This document shows positions 19,187-29,507 of a DNA stretch of 64,000 nt, piece after piece. The DNA is taken from contig CAWVRN010000007.1 in assembly GCA_963932905.1 (NCBI GenBank), forward strand, positions 1 through 64,000, in the 5' to 3' direction. A program made the position numbers and the translations under genes. Position 1 is the stretch's first letter. Each line of letters begins with the position of its first letter. This DNA comes from an uncultured Bdellovibrio sp. GTDB taxonomy: Bacteria > Bdellovibrionota > Bdellovibrionia > Bdellovibrionales > Bdellovibrionaceae. The notes under the pieces are model-generated. The model was not told where the DNA came from. It did no database searches and saw nothing but the letters and a program-made list of their open reading frames with translations.

Positions 19187-21475
19187 ATGGAACTCTCGCA
19201 TTCATTCCCAAATTGTAAGTATTGTGATCAGCAATGCCTTGATGGTGCTGAGTTTTGCTGCCAAGCTTGCGAGCTATTGTTTCAAATAGACTATAAATCG
19301 TGGCTTCCCAAAGGAGATCAGTCCTTACAAAGTAAGAAAAACGAATTTATGGATTCAGAGGAGTTTAAATCTTTCTATAAGAATCCGGCCAACGAGAACG
19401 AATTTACGTTCTATATCGAAGGTCTGCAATGTGCCTCATGCATCCATTTATTAGAGAAAATTCCAGAGTTTACTAACCAAGTGACCTCGATCGAGGTGAA
19501 CTTTGGTCTATCTCTTGCCAAAGTCATCGTTAGTGATGATTTTAAAATCAGTCAGTTTTTAGGTTTATTAGAGGAACTGGGTTATCGTGGATCTCCCCTT
19601 TCAAAAAACGAAAATTTGGCTGACAAATATAAATCAGAAAACCGCACCAGTTTGAAACGGATCGCCATAGCAGGCGCCTGTGCCGGTAACATTATGCTAT
19701 TTGTAGTTCCCATCTATGGTGGCCTGACTGGTCCTTACGCCGTGGCATTTAATTGGATTAGTTTCTTTCTATTTTTACCAATATTATTTTATTCTTCCGT
19801 TCCTTTCTACCAAGGCGCCTGGAATAGCTTACGATATCGAGTCATCAACGTAGATCTGCCGATCGTTGTTGCTTTGCTAACGGGCTTTATTTTTTCTACG
19901 ATGAATCTGATCTTGGGCAAACCGGACATCTATTTTGATTCAACAGCCAGTTTCTTATTTCTAATTTTATCAACACGCTTTTTGGTAAAGCGCATCCAAC
20001 AAAAAACGCTAAGTGATTCTTCGATTCTTAGCTTCCTTCCGATTCAGACTATTGAGTGCAAAACACAGTCGGGGAAAACTTCTAAATTATCGCTGAATAT
20101 CAGCGTAGGCGACACACTAATTATTTATCCAGACCAAATTATCCCTGCCGATGGCGCTCTAAATTCTGTCAATGCCGACATCGACATTTCGATACTAAAC
20201 GGTGAATCACTACCGCACACATTGGCTTTAGGAATGGATGTTTATGCCGGAACCCGTTGCCTAAATAAATCTTTTGAAATGAAAGTTACTAAAGTTGGGC
20301 ACGATACTGAAATTGGCAAAATAATTTCTTCACTAGAAAAAGATTCTCTGAAAAAAACTCAGTTTGTAGCATTATCTGAAACCATATCACATTGGTTGAT
20401 CGGAATCGTTTTTTCTATCGCAGTGATTTTCTTTTTCGTTTATGGTGCCCTTGTTAATTACGACGACGCCTTCAACCGATCCTTGGCTTTGATCGTTATA
20501 GCGTGCCCGTGTGCATTGGCATTCGGCACCCCCCTGACTTACGCGCTTTCGTTACGAAAAGCTCGTGACCTTGGCATTCTAATCAAGAACGGAAATGTTT
20601 TCGAGAAAGTGCTTCAGTTGAAAACTATATTTTTCGACAAAACTGGTACGCTTACATCGGGGCAATTGGCGTTGGTTTCCAGTTTTCCCTGCCAAATTCC
20701 TGATGAATGGAAACAAATAGTATTGGCACTAGAAAGTCGATCTCTTCACCCACTGGCCTTTGCTTTTAGAAAATCCTGGTCGAACCTACCCCCAGTAAAT
20801 ATTAAAAATTTTTCTGAAATTATCGGCAAAGGGGTCAGTGGTGAATTTGCTGGCGCTTCTTATTCTCTAGAATCTAACTACTCGCGTGAGGAAAGTGGAC
20901 TCATGAGTGTTAAATTAAAAAAAGACAGTCAGACACTGGCGTATTTTTATTTTTCGGACGAACTTCATCCTGACACAAAAAATGTGATCCAGGAGTTGAT
21001 TCGTTGGAACTACGATATCGGAATCATTTCTGGCGATAGAAAAAGTATCGTAGATAAAATAGCTAACGATACGGGTATTAAACCTGAACTCGTTTATTCA
21101 GCTAGAAGCCCACAGCAAAAATTAGGCATTATTAGGACAGTTCCGTTTGCTTGCATGATCGGTGATGGCGCAAATGATTCCTTGGCGCTTAACAGTGCTC
21201 ACGTAGGCATTTCAGTAAAAGGTTCCGTTTCACTGAGCCACAATTCCAGTGATATCTGTTTTACTCGTCCTGGATTAAACTCGCTGTTAGATTTGATTCG
21301 TATTTCAAAACGATCCCAACAAATTCTGAAACTAAATTTGGCTTTTGCCCTGCTTTACAATTTTTTGGGAGGATCCTTGGCTCTACTGGGATACGTCAAT
21401 CCTTTGGTGGCCGCGATCTTGATGCCTATTAGTAGTTTGTTGATCATCGTAAATACATACCGGGGGCTAAAATGA
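19187..21475 (+). CDS. ccoI: Cu-translocating P1B ATPase for cbb3 assembly (CcoI/FixI)
   Basis: N-terminal CKYC..FCCQAC, HMA CASC, CPC, DKTGTLT, HP and GDGAND; cco gene context. Confidence 0.9.
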   Translation: MELSHSFPNCKYCDQQCLDGAEFCCQACELLFQIDYKSWLPKGDQSLQSKKNEFMDSEEFKSFYKNPANENEFTFYIEGLQCASCIHLLEKIPEFTNQVTSIEVNFGLSLAKVIVSDDFKISQFLGLLEELGYRGSPLSKNENLADKYKSENRTSLKRIAIAGACAGNIMLFVVPIYGGLTGPYAVAFNWISFFLFLPILFYSSVPFYQGAWNSLRYRVINVDLPIVVALLTGFIFSTMNLILGKPDIYFDSTASFLFLILSTRFLVKRIQQKTLSDSSILSFLPIQTIECKTQSGKTSKLSLNISVGDTLIIYPDQIIPADGALNSVNADIDISILNGESLPHTLALGMDVYAGTRCLNKSFEMKVTKVGHDTEIGKIISSLEKDSLKKTQFVALSETISHWLIGIVFSIAVIFFFVYGALVNYDDAFNRSLALIVIACPCALAFGTPLTYALSLRKARDLGILIKNGNVFEKVLQLKTIFFDKTGTLTSGQLALVSSFPCQIPDEWKQIVLALESRSLHPLAFAFRKSWSNLPPVNIKNFSEIIGKGVSGEFAGASYSLESNYSREESGLMSVKLKKDSQTLAYFYFSDELHPDTKNVIQELIRWNYDIGIISGDRKSIVDKIANDTGIKPELVYSARSPQQKLGIIRTVPFACMIGDGANDSLALNSAHVGISVKGSVSLSHNSSDICFTRPGLNSLLDLIRISKRSQQILKLNLAFALLYNFLGGSLALLGYVNPLVAAILMPISSLLIIVNTYRGLK

Positions 21476-21666
21476 ATATCATTTTTTTGATGATACCCAT
21501 GGCAATGGCATTTGCTGGATTTTTTGTCGTCGCTTTTTTGTGGGCGTCCTCTAAAGGACAATTTGATGACCTAGAAACTCCGGCGATGCGCATTTTAATC
21601 GACGATAAAAATAACAAAAAAAATAATGAGATATCCAATGAAGGGAGCAAAAGTGGAATCATCTAA
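21472..21666 (+). CDS. ccoS: cbb3 oxidase maturation protein CcoS
   Basis: FLWASSKGQFDDLETPAMRIL signature. Confidence 0.92.
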   Translation: MNIIFLMIPMAMAFAGFFVVAFLWASSKGQFDDLETPAMRILIDDKNNKKNNEISNEGSKSGII

Positions 21667-23824
21667 AAACAATCAACTAGTAAAAGTTATTTACGATGAT
21701 AAAATCGTAAAAGCTTTTCTGCTAGCAACGCTGGTATTTGCGGGCATAGCTTTTCTTGTCGGCGTGCTGATCGCACTGCAACTGGCATATTGGCCGTTCA
21801 ACATGAACCTCGAATGGTTTACTTATGGGCGCATGCGACCATTGCATACCAATGCCGCTATTTTCGCATTCGGTGGTAACGCCATTTTTGCGGGGATTTA
21901 TTATTCCACTCAGCGTTTATGTAAAACGCGCATGTTTAACGACACGCTCAGCTGGCTTCATTTTTGGGGTTGGCAAGCGATTATCTTGTCAGCGGCCATC
22001 ACTCTACCTCTTGGTTATTCGCAAGGAAAAGAGTACGCCGAACTAGAATGGCCGATCGATATCGCTATCGCAGTCTTTTGGGTCATCTTTGGGGTTAACT
22101 TTTTCGGAACGCTTTACAAGCGTCGCGAAAAACATATTTACGTAGCACTGTGGTTCTACATCGCAACGATCATCACTGTGGCCATGTTACATATTGTAAA
22201 CTCAATCGAATATCCAGTGAGTTTCTTGAAGTCTTACCCCGTCTGGGCCGGCGTTCAGGATGCTATGATTCAATGGTGGTATGGACACAATGCTGTTGCA
22301 TTTTTCCTAACAACTCCATTTTTAGGATTGATGTATTACTTTGTTCCTAAAGCAGTTAATCGCCCAGTGTATTCATATCGACTATCCATAGTTCACTTTT
22401 GGGCTTTGATTTTTATTTACATTTGGGCCGGTCCACATCACTTGCTGTACACGGCATTACCTGATTGGGCGCAAACATTCGGAATGGTTTTTTCTGTCAT
22501 GCTTTGGGCACCTAGCTGGGGTGGAATGATTAACGGTTTACTGACTCTTCGCGGTGTTTGGCATCTATTACGAACAGACCCTATCGTTAAGTTCTTTGTA
22601 ACAGCCGTCACATTCTATGGTATGTCTACATTCGAAGGACCTCTGCTTTCAATTAAATCGGTCAGCCACTTAGCTCACTATACGGACTGGATCATCGGTC
22701 ACGTGCATGGCGGAACTTTGGGTTGGAACGGATTTATGATTTTTGGTATGACTTACTTTTTAATTCCAAAACTATGGCGCACTCAAATGTATTCAAAATC
22801 ATTGATGACGACACATTTTTGGATCGGCTTAGCTGGCATTGTACTTTACTATGTATCAATGACCTCAGCTGGAATAACTCAAGGTCTAATGTGGCGTGCG
22901 ATGGACGGTAATGGAAATCTTCTTTACCCTGACTTTGTAGAAACTGTATTAAAAATCGTACCACTTTATTGGGTGCGTGCAGTTGCGGGCACTTTGTACA
23001 TGGTTGGATTTTTCATCATGGTCTACAACGTGTTTAAAACAATTCAATTGGCTCCTGCAAACCAAGCTGATTCTGAAGTGATGGTAGCAGCGGCTCCAAA
23101 AGAACTTCATTCTGAACCAGAAACAGGACACCGTCGTCTAGAAGGGTTAATTCCGACATTTTCGGTTTTAGCATTCCTAGCGGTTTTCGTTGGGTCTGTT
23201 TTAGAAATTTATCCTTCACTCAATTTGAAACAATACATCAAGGATGAAGTACCCGTATCACCTTACACGCCCCTAGAGCTTGCGGGCCGTGATATCTATA
23301 TCAAAGAAGGCTGCTACACTTGCCATTCGCAAATGATTCGTCAAGTAGCAGACGATGTTTTAAGATTTGGAAAAGCATCGACCATCTCTGAATCGATGTA
23401 CGATCACCCGTTTCAATGGGGTTCGAAACGTACTGGTCCTGACCTAGCACGCGTTGGCAAAAAATATCCTAACTTGTGGCACTACAAGCACATGCTGGAT
23501 CCGCGCTCGGTCACTCCAAAATCAATTATGCCGAACTACCCATGGCTTGCCGACAACGCGATTGATTTCGTTGTTATCCGTAAGAAAGTATCTGTGATGA
23601 GCGCGATCGGCGTTCCGTACGATGAAAAAACAATTGCACAAGCCGATGTCATCGCTGAAAACGAAGCGAAAATCATCGCTAAAGATTTGGCAGACCAAGG
23701 CATCACTCAACAGGGACTAGAGCGAAAAGAAATCATAGCGTTGATCGCTTACATGCAAGCTCTGGGACAAAAAGAAAAGAAAAAAGGAGACGACAATGGC
23801 AAAACTGTGGCTGGCTCACTTTAA
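21653..23824 (+). CDS. ccoN: cbb3-type cytochrome c oxidase, fused subunits I/II (CcoN-CcoO)
   Basis: RPLHTN, QWWYGHNAV, WAGPHH and IGHVH, then CcoO motifs EGCYTCHSQMIR and WGSKRTGPDL. GTG start after AGGGAG. Confidence 0.95.
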   Translation: MESSKNNQLVKVIYDDKIVKAFLLATLVFAGIAFLVGVLIALQLAYWPFNMNLEWFTYGRMRPLHTNAAIFAFGGNAIFAGIYYSTQRLCKTRMFNDTLSWLHFWGWQAIILSAAITLPLGYSQGKEYAELEWPIDIAIAVFWVIFGVNFFGTLYKRREKHIYVALWFYIATIITVAMLHIVNSIEYPVSFLKSYPVWAGVQDAMIQWWYGHNAVAFFLTTPFLGLMYYFVPKAVNRPVYSYRLSIVHFWALIFIYIWAGPHHLLYTALPDWAQTFGMVFSVMLWAPSWGGMINGLLTLRGVWHLLRTDPIVKFFVTAVTFYGMSTFEGPLLSIKSVSHLAHYTDWIIGHVHGGTLGWNGFMIFGMTYFLIPKLWRTQMYSKSLMTTHFWIGLAGIVLYYVSMTSAGITQGLMWRAMDGNGNLLYPDFVETVLKIVPLYWVRAVAGTLYMVGFFIMVYNVFKTIQLAPANQADSEVMVAAAPKELHSEPETGHRRLEGLIPTFSVLAFLAVFVGSVLEIYPSLNLKQYIKDEVPVSPYTPLELAGRDIYIKEGCYTCHSQMIRQVADDVLRFGKASTISESMYDHPFQWGSKRTGPDLARVGKKYPNLWHYKHMLDPRSVTPKSIMPNYPWLADNAIDFVVIRKKVSVMSAIGVPYDEKTIAQADVIAENEAKIIAKDLADQGITQQGLERKEIIALIAYMQALGQKEKKKGDDNGKTVAGSL

Positions 23825-23966
23825 CGATGTGCCGCTGGCGTTAGCGGCGTTGATATTATTCGCAGGTACTTTTGGTTTCGTTTTAGTATGGACCTTTAGA
23901 AAAAATGCAAAACCTTATTATGATAAAATTTCTCAAATTCCTCTAAAAGATGGAGATGACTTATGA
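23796..23966 (+). CDS. ccoQ: cbb3 oxidase subunit CcoQ (56 aa, absent from the ORF track)
   Basis: Translated by hand: MAKLWLAHFNDVPLALAALILFAGTFGFVLVWTFRKNAKPYYDKISQIPLKDGDDL. SD AAGGAG, one TM helix, IPL tail, ATGA overlap with ccoP. Confidence 0.85.
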   Translation: MAKLWLAHFNDVPLALAALILFAGTFGFVLVWTFRKNAKPYYDKISQIPLKDGDDL

Positions 23967-24526
23967 GCAATGAAACAGACAAAGAAATAGCAGGGCACGA
24001 CTACGACGGCATCAAAGAGTACGACAATCCACTACCAGGCTGGTGGTTGATGACGTTCTACGGAACTATTATTTTTGCTTTTATTTACGTTATTCACTAC
24101 GAATCTGGCAGCGGCAATACCTTGAAAAAGGATCTCGAGATTGCGCTGGCGCAAATCGAATCGGTAAAAACAAGCACTGGACCTAAGGTTTTAGATAGTG
24201 AAGAAGTTTTACTAGAAAAAGCGAAAGATCCAAAACTGCTGGCCGTCGGTGCTGAGAACTTTCAATCCAAGTGTGCTTCGTGCCATGGCGCTGAATTGCA
24301 GGGAATGATTGGTCCCAATTTAACCGATGACTTCTGGATTCACGGAAAAGGGACAATGACAGACATCGTTACCACTGTGCGATCGGGAGTTCCAGAAAAA
24401 GGCATGCCGCCTTGGGAAGGCATTATGAAAAATGAAGAAGTGCTTGCTGTAGCATCGTTCATTCACTCGAAGCACGGCAGTAAACCAGCAAACCCGAAAG
24501 AGCCTCAAGGGCAAAAAGTAGAGTAA
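23963..24526 (+). CDS. ccoP: cbb3 oxidase subunit III (short monohaem CcoP)
   Basis: HDYDGIKEYDNPLPGWW, a single CASCH, GPNLTD and MPPW. Confidence 0.92.
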   Translation: MSNETDKEIAGHDYDGIKEYDNPLPGWWLMTFYGTIIFAFIYVIHYESGSGNTLKKDLEIALAQIESVKTSTGPKVLDSEEVLLEKAKDPKLLAVGAENFQSKCASCHGAELQGMIGPNLTDDFWIHGKGTMTDIVTTVRSGVPEKGMPPWEGIMKNEEVLAVASFIHSKHGSKPANPKEPQGQKVE

Positions 24527-24530
24527 CTCT

Positions 24531-25982
24531 ATGACAGACGATTTAGGACAATCTTCCAACGGTACTAATCTGGGTTTAGACCCAAATCGCCTGTCAATGC
24601 TGGACAAGGATGGATCGCGTTCTCGTATTATTCCGGCTGAAGTCACTGGCTACTGGATGAAACGAAGAAACGCGGTCTATGCATTCTTAATTATTTTGTT
24701 TCTATTTTTGCCTTGGACAAAAATAAATGGTGAGCAGACTATTTTACTAGATATTCCTAATCGCAAGTTCGCTTTATTTGGGATTACGTTTTGGGCTCAC
24801 GACGCGCCGATGATTTTTCTAATCGTTGCCATCTTTGCGTTTGGATTAACATTAGTAACGTCTATTTGGGGCCGCGTTTGGTGCGGCTGGGCGTGCCCTC
24901 AAACCGTGTTTATTGATTTCATCTATCGCCGAATCGAACGTTGGGTAGAAGGCGACTATATTCAGCGTCGTCAACTAAACAATTCTGAACTTTCATTTAA
25001 CAAAATTTTTAAACTGACTCTAAAGTGGTTTCTGTTTTTTATCGCCTCTTCATTGATCGCCCATTCATTCACCGCGTATTTTGTTGGGTCCGATCAGCTG
25101 ACGAAATGGGTCTATTCCGGTGATATCTCAGCCCATCAAACGACATTTTTAATTGTTCTATTTATTACCGCGATTCTTTTGTTCGACTTTGGTTGGTTTC
25201 GCGAACAATTTTGTATTATCATGTGTCCCTACGGTCGCTTCCAAAGCGTTTTGATGGATCAGCGTTCACTTGCCGTTCTGTATGACGAAAAACGAGGCGA
25301 GCCAAGGAAAGGATTAGAAAGTCCAGGAAAACCTCGCGGAGACTGCGTTTCCTGTAACCGTTGCGTTCAGGTCTGCCCTACTGGCATTGATATACGCAAG
25401 GGCCTGCAAATGGAATGTATCGCCTGCACCGCCTGCATAGACGCCTGCGACACAATAATGACCAAAGTAAACAAACCCACAGGTCTAATCAAGTACGCAA
25501 CCGTATCTGGCAAAACAAATCATATTTATAAAGGGCGTCAGTTACTGTATTTAGCTATTTGTTTAGTTTTGTTTATCGCACTGTTGTACCTTGTTTCAGT
25601 TAGAAAATCTGTCGACGTCGCCATTTTGCGAGCTCAAGATACCCCTTACCAAACGATTGAAACAGCAACCGGTAAAAAAATTCTGAATCATTTCAAACTG
25701 CATTCAAAAAACCAAAACACGAAAGACCTTAAACAAGAAATCTTTTTTCCTTCAGATTTAAATCTCGAAGTTAGGATGCAAAACAACCCGTATGAAATAA
25801 AAGGTGGCGAAAGCTTAACTACACATTTCTTTGTTCTTTTTGATCCTGCCATTTTAGATTCTACTGGCGCTAAAAAAATAAATTTGAAAATTAAAACCGT
25901 TTCCCACCACGAAGAAGAAATAGAACTCTCTCAAGAAATTTCTTTAATTGGGCCTAACCAACCGAAGCGGGAGGAACCATAA
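24531..25982 (+). CDS. ccoG: CcoG/FixG 4Fe-4S accessory protein
   Basis: GRVWCGWACPQT, REQFCIIMCPYGRFQ, CVSCNRCVQVCPTGIDIR and ECIACTACIDAC. Confidence 0.95.
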   Translation: MTDDLGQSSNGTNLGLDPNRLSMLDKDGSRSRIIPAEVTGYWMKRRNAVYAFLIILFLFLPWTKINGEQTILLDIPNRKFALFGITFWAHDAPMIFLIVAIFAFGLTLVTSIWGRVWCGWACPQTVFIDFIYRRIERWVEGDYIQRRQLNNSELSFNKIFKLTLKWFLFFIASSLIAHSFTAYFVGSDQLTKWVYSGDISAHQTTFLIVLFITAILLFDFGWFREQFCIIMCPYGRFQSVLMDQRSLAVLYDEKRGEPRKGLESPGKPRGDCVSCNRCVQVCPTGIDIRKGLQMECIACTACIDACDTIMTKVNKPTGLIKYATVSGKTNHIYKGRQLLYLAICLVLFIALLYLVSVRKSVDVAILRAQDTPYQTIETATGKKILNHFKLHSKNQNTKDLKQEIFFPSDLNLEVRMQNNPYEIKGGESLTTHFFVLFDPAILDSTGAKKINLKIKTVSHHEEEIELSQEISLIGPNQPKREEP

Positions 25983-26665
25983 CTCCGAATCACCTTCCCT
26001 GGGACCAACTCGGGGTACCTTTTGTATCTCTGTTGATTTTAAGTACTAGTTTTTTCGGTAGCTGGCATTGCTTAGGTATGTGTTCTCCGCTTGCCAGTAT
26101 TGCGGCTCAGAAAAAACAACTGCTTTCGTATCAAATTGGTCGCATCACGAGTTACACGGGATTGGGCGTACTCGCTGGATTTGTTGGTCAGTTTTTTCTG
26201 TCGTCTAACTACCAATGGTTGCAGTCTGCCAGTATTATTCTGCTTTCTGTTTTATTGATTGGCCTAGGGATATATAGTTGGATGGACTATGAACATCGTT
26301 CCAAATTGAAATTTAATTCTATAATGAAATATTTTTTTATGTTTCAACGCAGATTCAGTTTGTCGTCTGGTTTTTCGATTGGCCTGTTCACTGGACTATT
26401 TCCCTGCGGGTGGCTGTATACATTCTTGCTAGCCGCCGCTACAACAAAAAATCCCGTCAGCGGTGGCTTTGTCATGCTGCTGTTCTGTTTGGGCAACATA
26501 CCCGCACTCAGCGCCGTCTCGCTGATGGTAAAAAAAAATGTCTCTATGGCCCCAACAAATAAGAAACGTCTAGCTGGTACAATACTCATATTGGCTGGTC
26601 TGTATTCTTTAGCTTCACACTATATTTTCGGGTTCCACTTGGCCGATTCGCTTTTTGGACTATAG
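25979..26665 (+). CDS. DsbD_2/TauE-like membrane protein of cco clusters
   Basis: SWHCLGMC, YQIGRITSY and LFPCGWLY. The ORF stays open upstream to an ATA at 25979 behind GGGAGG; the track start is TTG 26033. Confidence 0.85.
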   Translation: MTPNHLPWDQLGVPFVSLLILSTSFFGSWHCLGMCSPLASIAAQKKQLLSYQIGRITSYTGLGVLAGFVGQFFLSSNYQWLQSASIILLSVLLIGLGIYSWMDYEHRSKLKFNSIMKYFFMFQRRFSLSSGFSIGLFTGLFPCGWLYTFLLAAATTKNPVSGGFVMLLFCLGNIPALSAVSLMVKKNVSMAPTNKKRLAGTILILAGLYSLASHYIFGFHLADSLFGL

Positions 26666-26704
26666 TCGACATCAAGTTTCCCTTGTTATATTCGAAATGA
26701 ATAT

Positions 26705-29458
26705 ATGAAATTCGAAAAACTACCCCTATTAATTGGCTTACTGGTCAGTTCACTTTTAGCATTCTTTTCGCACATTTATTATATAAATAGAAACTCTCCG
26801 GACAAGGCCAAATCACAAAATCCTCTTTTAATCAGTTTTGAAACTTTAGACAGTCGCTACAACGACATCAAATATCAAATTCGTGGCGCCAGTCCATCGA
26901 CGGCGCCGGTTGCACTCATTGCTATCGATGACGATTCCGTGCGTGAAATCGGTCGTTGGCCATGGACACGAGAACTGTTCGCACAAATGACCGAGAAAGT
27001 TTTAACCCAGTACGGTGCTGCAAGTATTGGCTATGATGTTATTTTTTCCGAGCCAGAACGCGAGAACCCAAAAGCCGACGAAAACTTTGCGGCCGCTATA
27101 GAAAAGCATTCGGATAAAGTTATTTTGGGAACGTTTAGCGATAGCGAAATCCACCATCTAAATACATATCAAGACTATTGCATCAACGAAGCATTTAAGG
27201 CCAATCAAGGAGATCAAATAGTTAAACTAAACGCCACGTTGATCATTGATGATGAGACTGATAATTTTGACGACTTGGATTGGTCTCCTTTCTTCAACCA
27301 GGTTTTCTCGATACTGGCTGAGGACGTCACAGATATAAAACTTAAAAAATATAAGAAAACTAACATCGAAGAACTTCATCAATTTCAACGAAACGCCTTG
27401 AAACTAGAAATCACAAAAAAGATATTTGAGTATTGCAATGAGTGGCTAACCCCGAACGATTTTACTTTAAGCTCCCAAGCTCACTTAGATTTTTTTGCTT
27501 CAAAATACGAACAAGTTTTCAAAAAACATCAAGACAAACTAAAACTGATTCCAATTACGCCCCTATCTTCTAAAGACTCTAAAATACTTCATAAAGTGTT
27601 AGTCGCAGCCGCTGCGGGCACCAGCACCAACGACTGGAAGTCTTCATTAGTACGTCTTGTGCAACAAACCGTGCTCAACCCCATTCCGCAATTTGGCGAA
27701 TGGACACCCAATGTACCGGCCATTCAGGAAAAAGCTATGTACACTGCGAGCTTCGTGGCCGATCAGGATTTAGATGGTTACGTTCGTCGCTACCCAATGT
27801 TTTTCCGCTCGGGAAACCGCCTTGGATTAAGTTTTATCCCTTCTCTCGCATTGCAGTCTTTTCTTGTTGCCAAAGGTTACCGCGCAGACATTAAACTTCA
27901 GAGACGCTCTTCCGCTAACAGGCATATTAGCAACGACGAAAAACGTATTACTTCATTTCAAATCACGGATTCTGATGACAAAAAAGTTATGGATATCCCA
28001 GTAGATTCATCGGGTCGCGTCCTAATTAAATACTATGGTAAACAAATGACGTTACCCTACGTTCCCGCATCCGAGATTTTTTCTGAAAGTGAGGAGATGT
28101 TCTACTACATAAAAAAAACGAATCCGGAAAATAAACAGATTGAAGTTAAAAAAATATTTACAACTAAAAAAGAATTTTTTAAAGGTCGCTCTGTGATTGT
28201 TGGAGCTACGGCCGTTGGTATTTACGATTTAAGATCAACTCCACTAGAAGCTAACTACCCAGGGCCTGAAATCCACTTAACTTTGCTTGCAAATTTATAT
28301 GAGCGCGCAATGCTGAAATATTGGCCTGAGGAAAGCCAGTATTTCCCGTGGATCATATTCGTCTTCGGTATTTTGATTACTCTGTTTTGGTCGCAACTTG
28401 GTGCCGTTAGCTCGTTAAGTTCAGTCTTGATAACAATTCCTTTAATTTTTGCTGTGGATATGTTCTTGTTTCAAAAAATGGGTCTCATATTTTCGGGTTT
28501 CCTATTGCTGATCATTGTCTCTTTTATCACCAATATCGCGATTACGTTCTACAAATACTTCACGGAAGAGCTTAAGAAAAAACAACTCAAATCCACATTC
28601 TCGAAATACGTCTCTCCGGCTGTCGTCGACGAGCTGTTAAAGTCAGAAGAAAATCTAAAACTGGGTGGTCGTCGTCAACGAATGAGTGTCTTTTTTTCGG
28701 ACGTTCGTGGCTTCACTACCATTTCAGAGAAACTGGCCCCCGAAGAACTCTCCCGTGTGTTGAACTTGTATCTAACACCAATGACCGAAATAGTATTCGC
28801 AAATAAAGGAACTCTGGATAAATACATCGGCGATGCCATCATGGCTTTTTTCGGTGCACCGATTACCGACGACAATCACGCAGAACAGGCCTGCCGCACG
28901 GCTCTACAAAGTTTAGTAAAGCTAAAAGACTTACAGCAAATTTTCAAAGACCAAAACCTTCCATTTATCGATATCGGAATCGGTATCAACACGGGTGAAA
29001 TGAGCGTGGGTAACATGGGCAGCAATATCGTGCAAAACTACACAGTCATGGGTGATTCAGTGAATTTAGCATCCCGCCTGGAAGGAACCACAAAAGAATA
29101 CGGCGTTCGCATTATCATCAATGAAACGACGAATGAAGAAGTGAAAGGCAAATTCATCACACGCGAAATCGACCGCGTAAAAGTAAAAGGAAAAAATCTA
29201 CCGGTCGCCATTTTTGAGCTTGTGGCAGAAACAAAAAACACAAAATCCGATTCATTTAATTATTTGAATGAATTCAAAAAAGGCTATGAATTCTACCTAA
29301 TCAAAGACTTCCAAAATGCCATTACTGAATTTGAAAAAGCATTGGCCATAAAAGACGACGATCCTGTTTCAAAAATCTATATTAAGCGCTGCAAAGAATT
29401 CTTAGAAGAACCCCCTCCCGCAGAATGGGATGGTGTCTACGTTATGAAGACGAAATAG
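26705..29458 (+). CDS. CHASE2-domain class III adenylate cyclase with C-terminal TPR
   Basis: IAIDD.S...IGRWPWTR, DLDGYVR, D..STP...PGPEIH; 3 TM helices; FSDVRGFT, DKYIGDAIMA and YTVMGDSVNLASRLEG; WDGVY tail. Confidence 0.93.
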   Translation: MKFEKLPLLIGLLVSSLLAFFSHIYYINRNSPDKAKSQNPLLISFETLDSRYNDIKYQIRGASPSTAPVALIAIDDDSVREIGRWPWTRELFAQMTEKVLTQYGAASIGYDVIFSEPERENPKADENFAAAIEKHSDKVILGTFSDSEIHHLNTYQDYCINEAFKANQGDQIVKLNATLIIDDETDNFDDLDWSPFFNQVFSILAEDVTDIKLKKYKKTNIEELHQFQRNALKLEITKKIFEYCNEWLTPNDFTLSSQAHLDFFASKYEQVFKKHQDKLKLIPITPLSSKDSKILHKVLVAAAAGTSTNDWKSSLVRLVQQTVLNPIPQFGEWTPNVPAIQEKAMYTASFVADQDLDGYVRRYPMFFRSGNRLGLSFIPSLALQSFLVAKGYRADIKLQRRSSANRHISNDEKRITSFQITDSDDKKVMDIPVDSSGRVLIKYYGKQMTLPYVPASEIFSESEEMFYYIKKTNPENKQIEVKKIFTTKKEFFKGRSVIVGATAVGIYDLRSTPLEANYPGPEIHLTLLANLYERAMLKYWPEESQYFPWIIFVFGILITLFWSQLGAVSSLSSVLITIPLIFAVDMFLFQKMGLIFSGFLLLIIVSFITNIAITFYKYFTEELKKKQLKSTFSKYVSPAVVDELLKSEENLKLGGRRQRMSVFFSDVRGFTTISEKLAPEELSRVLNLYLTPMTEIVFANKGTLDKYIGDAIMAFFGAPITDDNHAEQACRTALQSLVKLKDLQQIFKDQNLPFIDIGIGINTGEMSVGNMGSNIVQNYTVMGDSVNLASRLEGTTKEYGVRIIINETTNEEVKGKFITREIDRVKVKGKNLPVAIFELVAETKNTKSDSFNYLNEFKKGYEFYLIKDFQNAITEFEKALAIKDDDPVSKIYIKRCKEFLEEPPPAEWDGVYVMKTK

Positions 29459-29507
29459 AATGAGATCATTTTGAAAATGGTTTGAGTCTTAACAAATCAA
29501 TAGCTGA

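Noticed and set aside
26672..26698. TCAA-N15-TTCGAAAT FliA-like promoter before the cyclase
   Set aside because: Weak -10 match that overlaps an equally plausible TGtTATATT sigma70 element; ambiguous.
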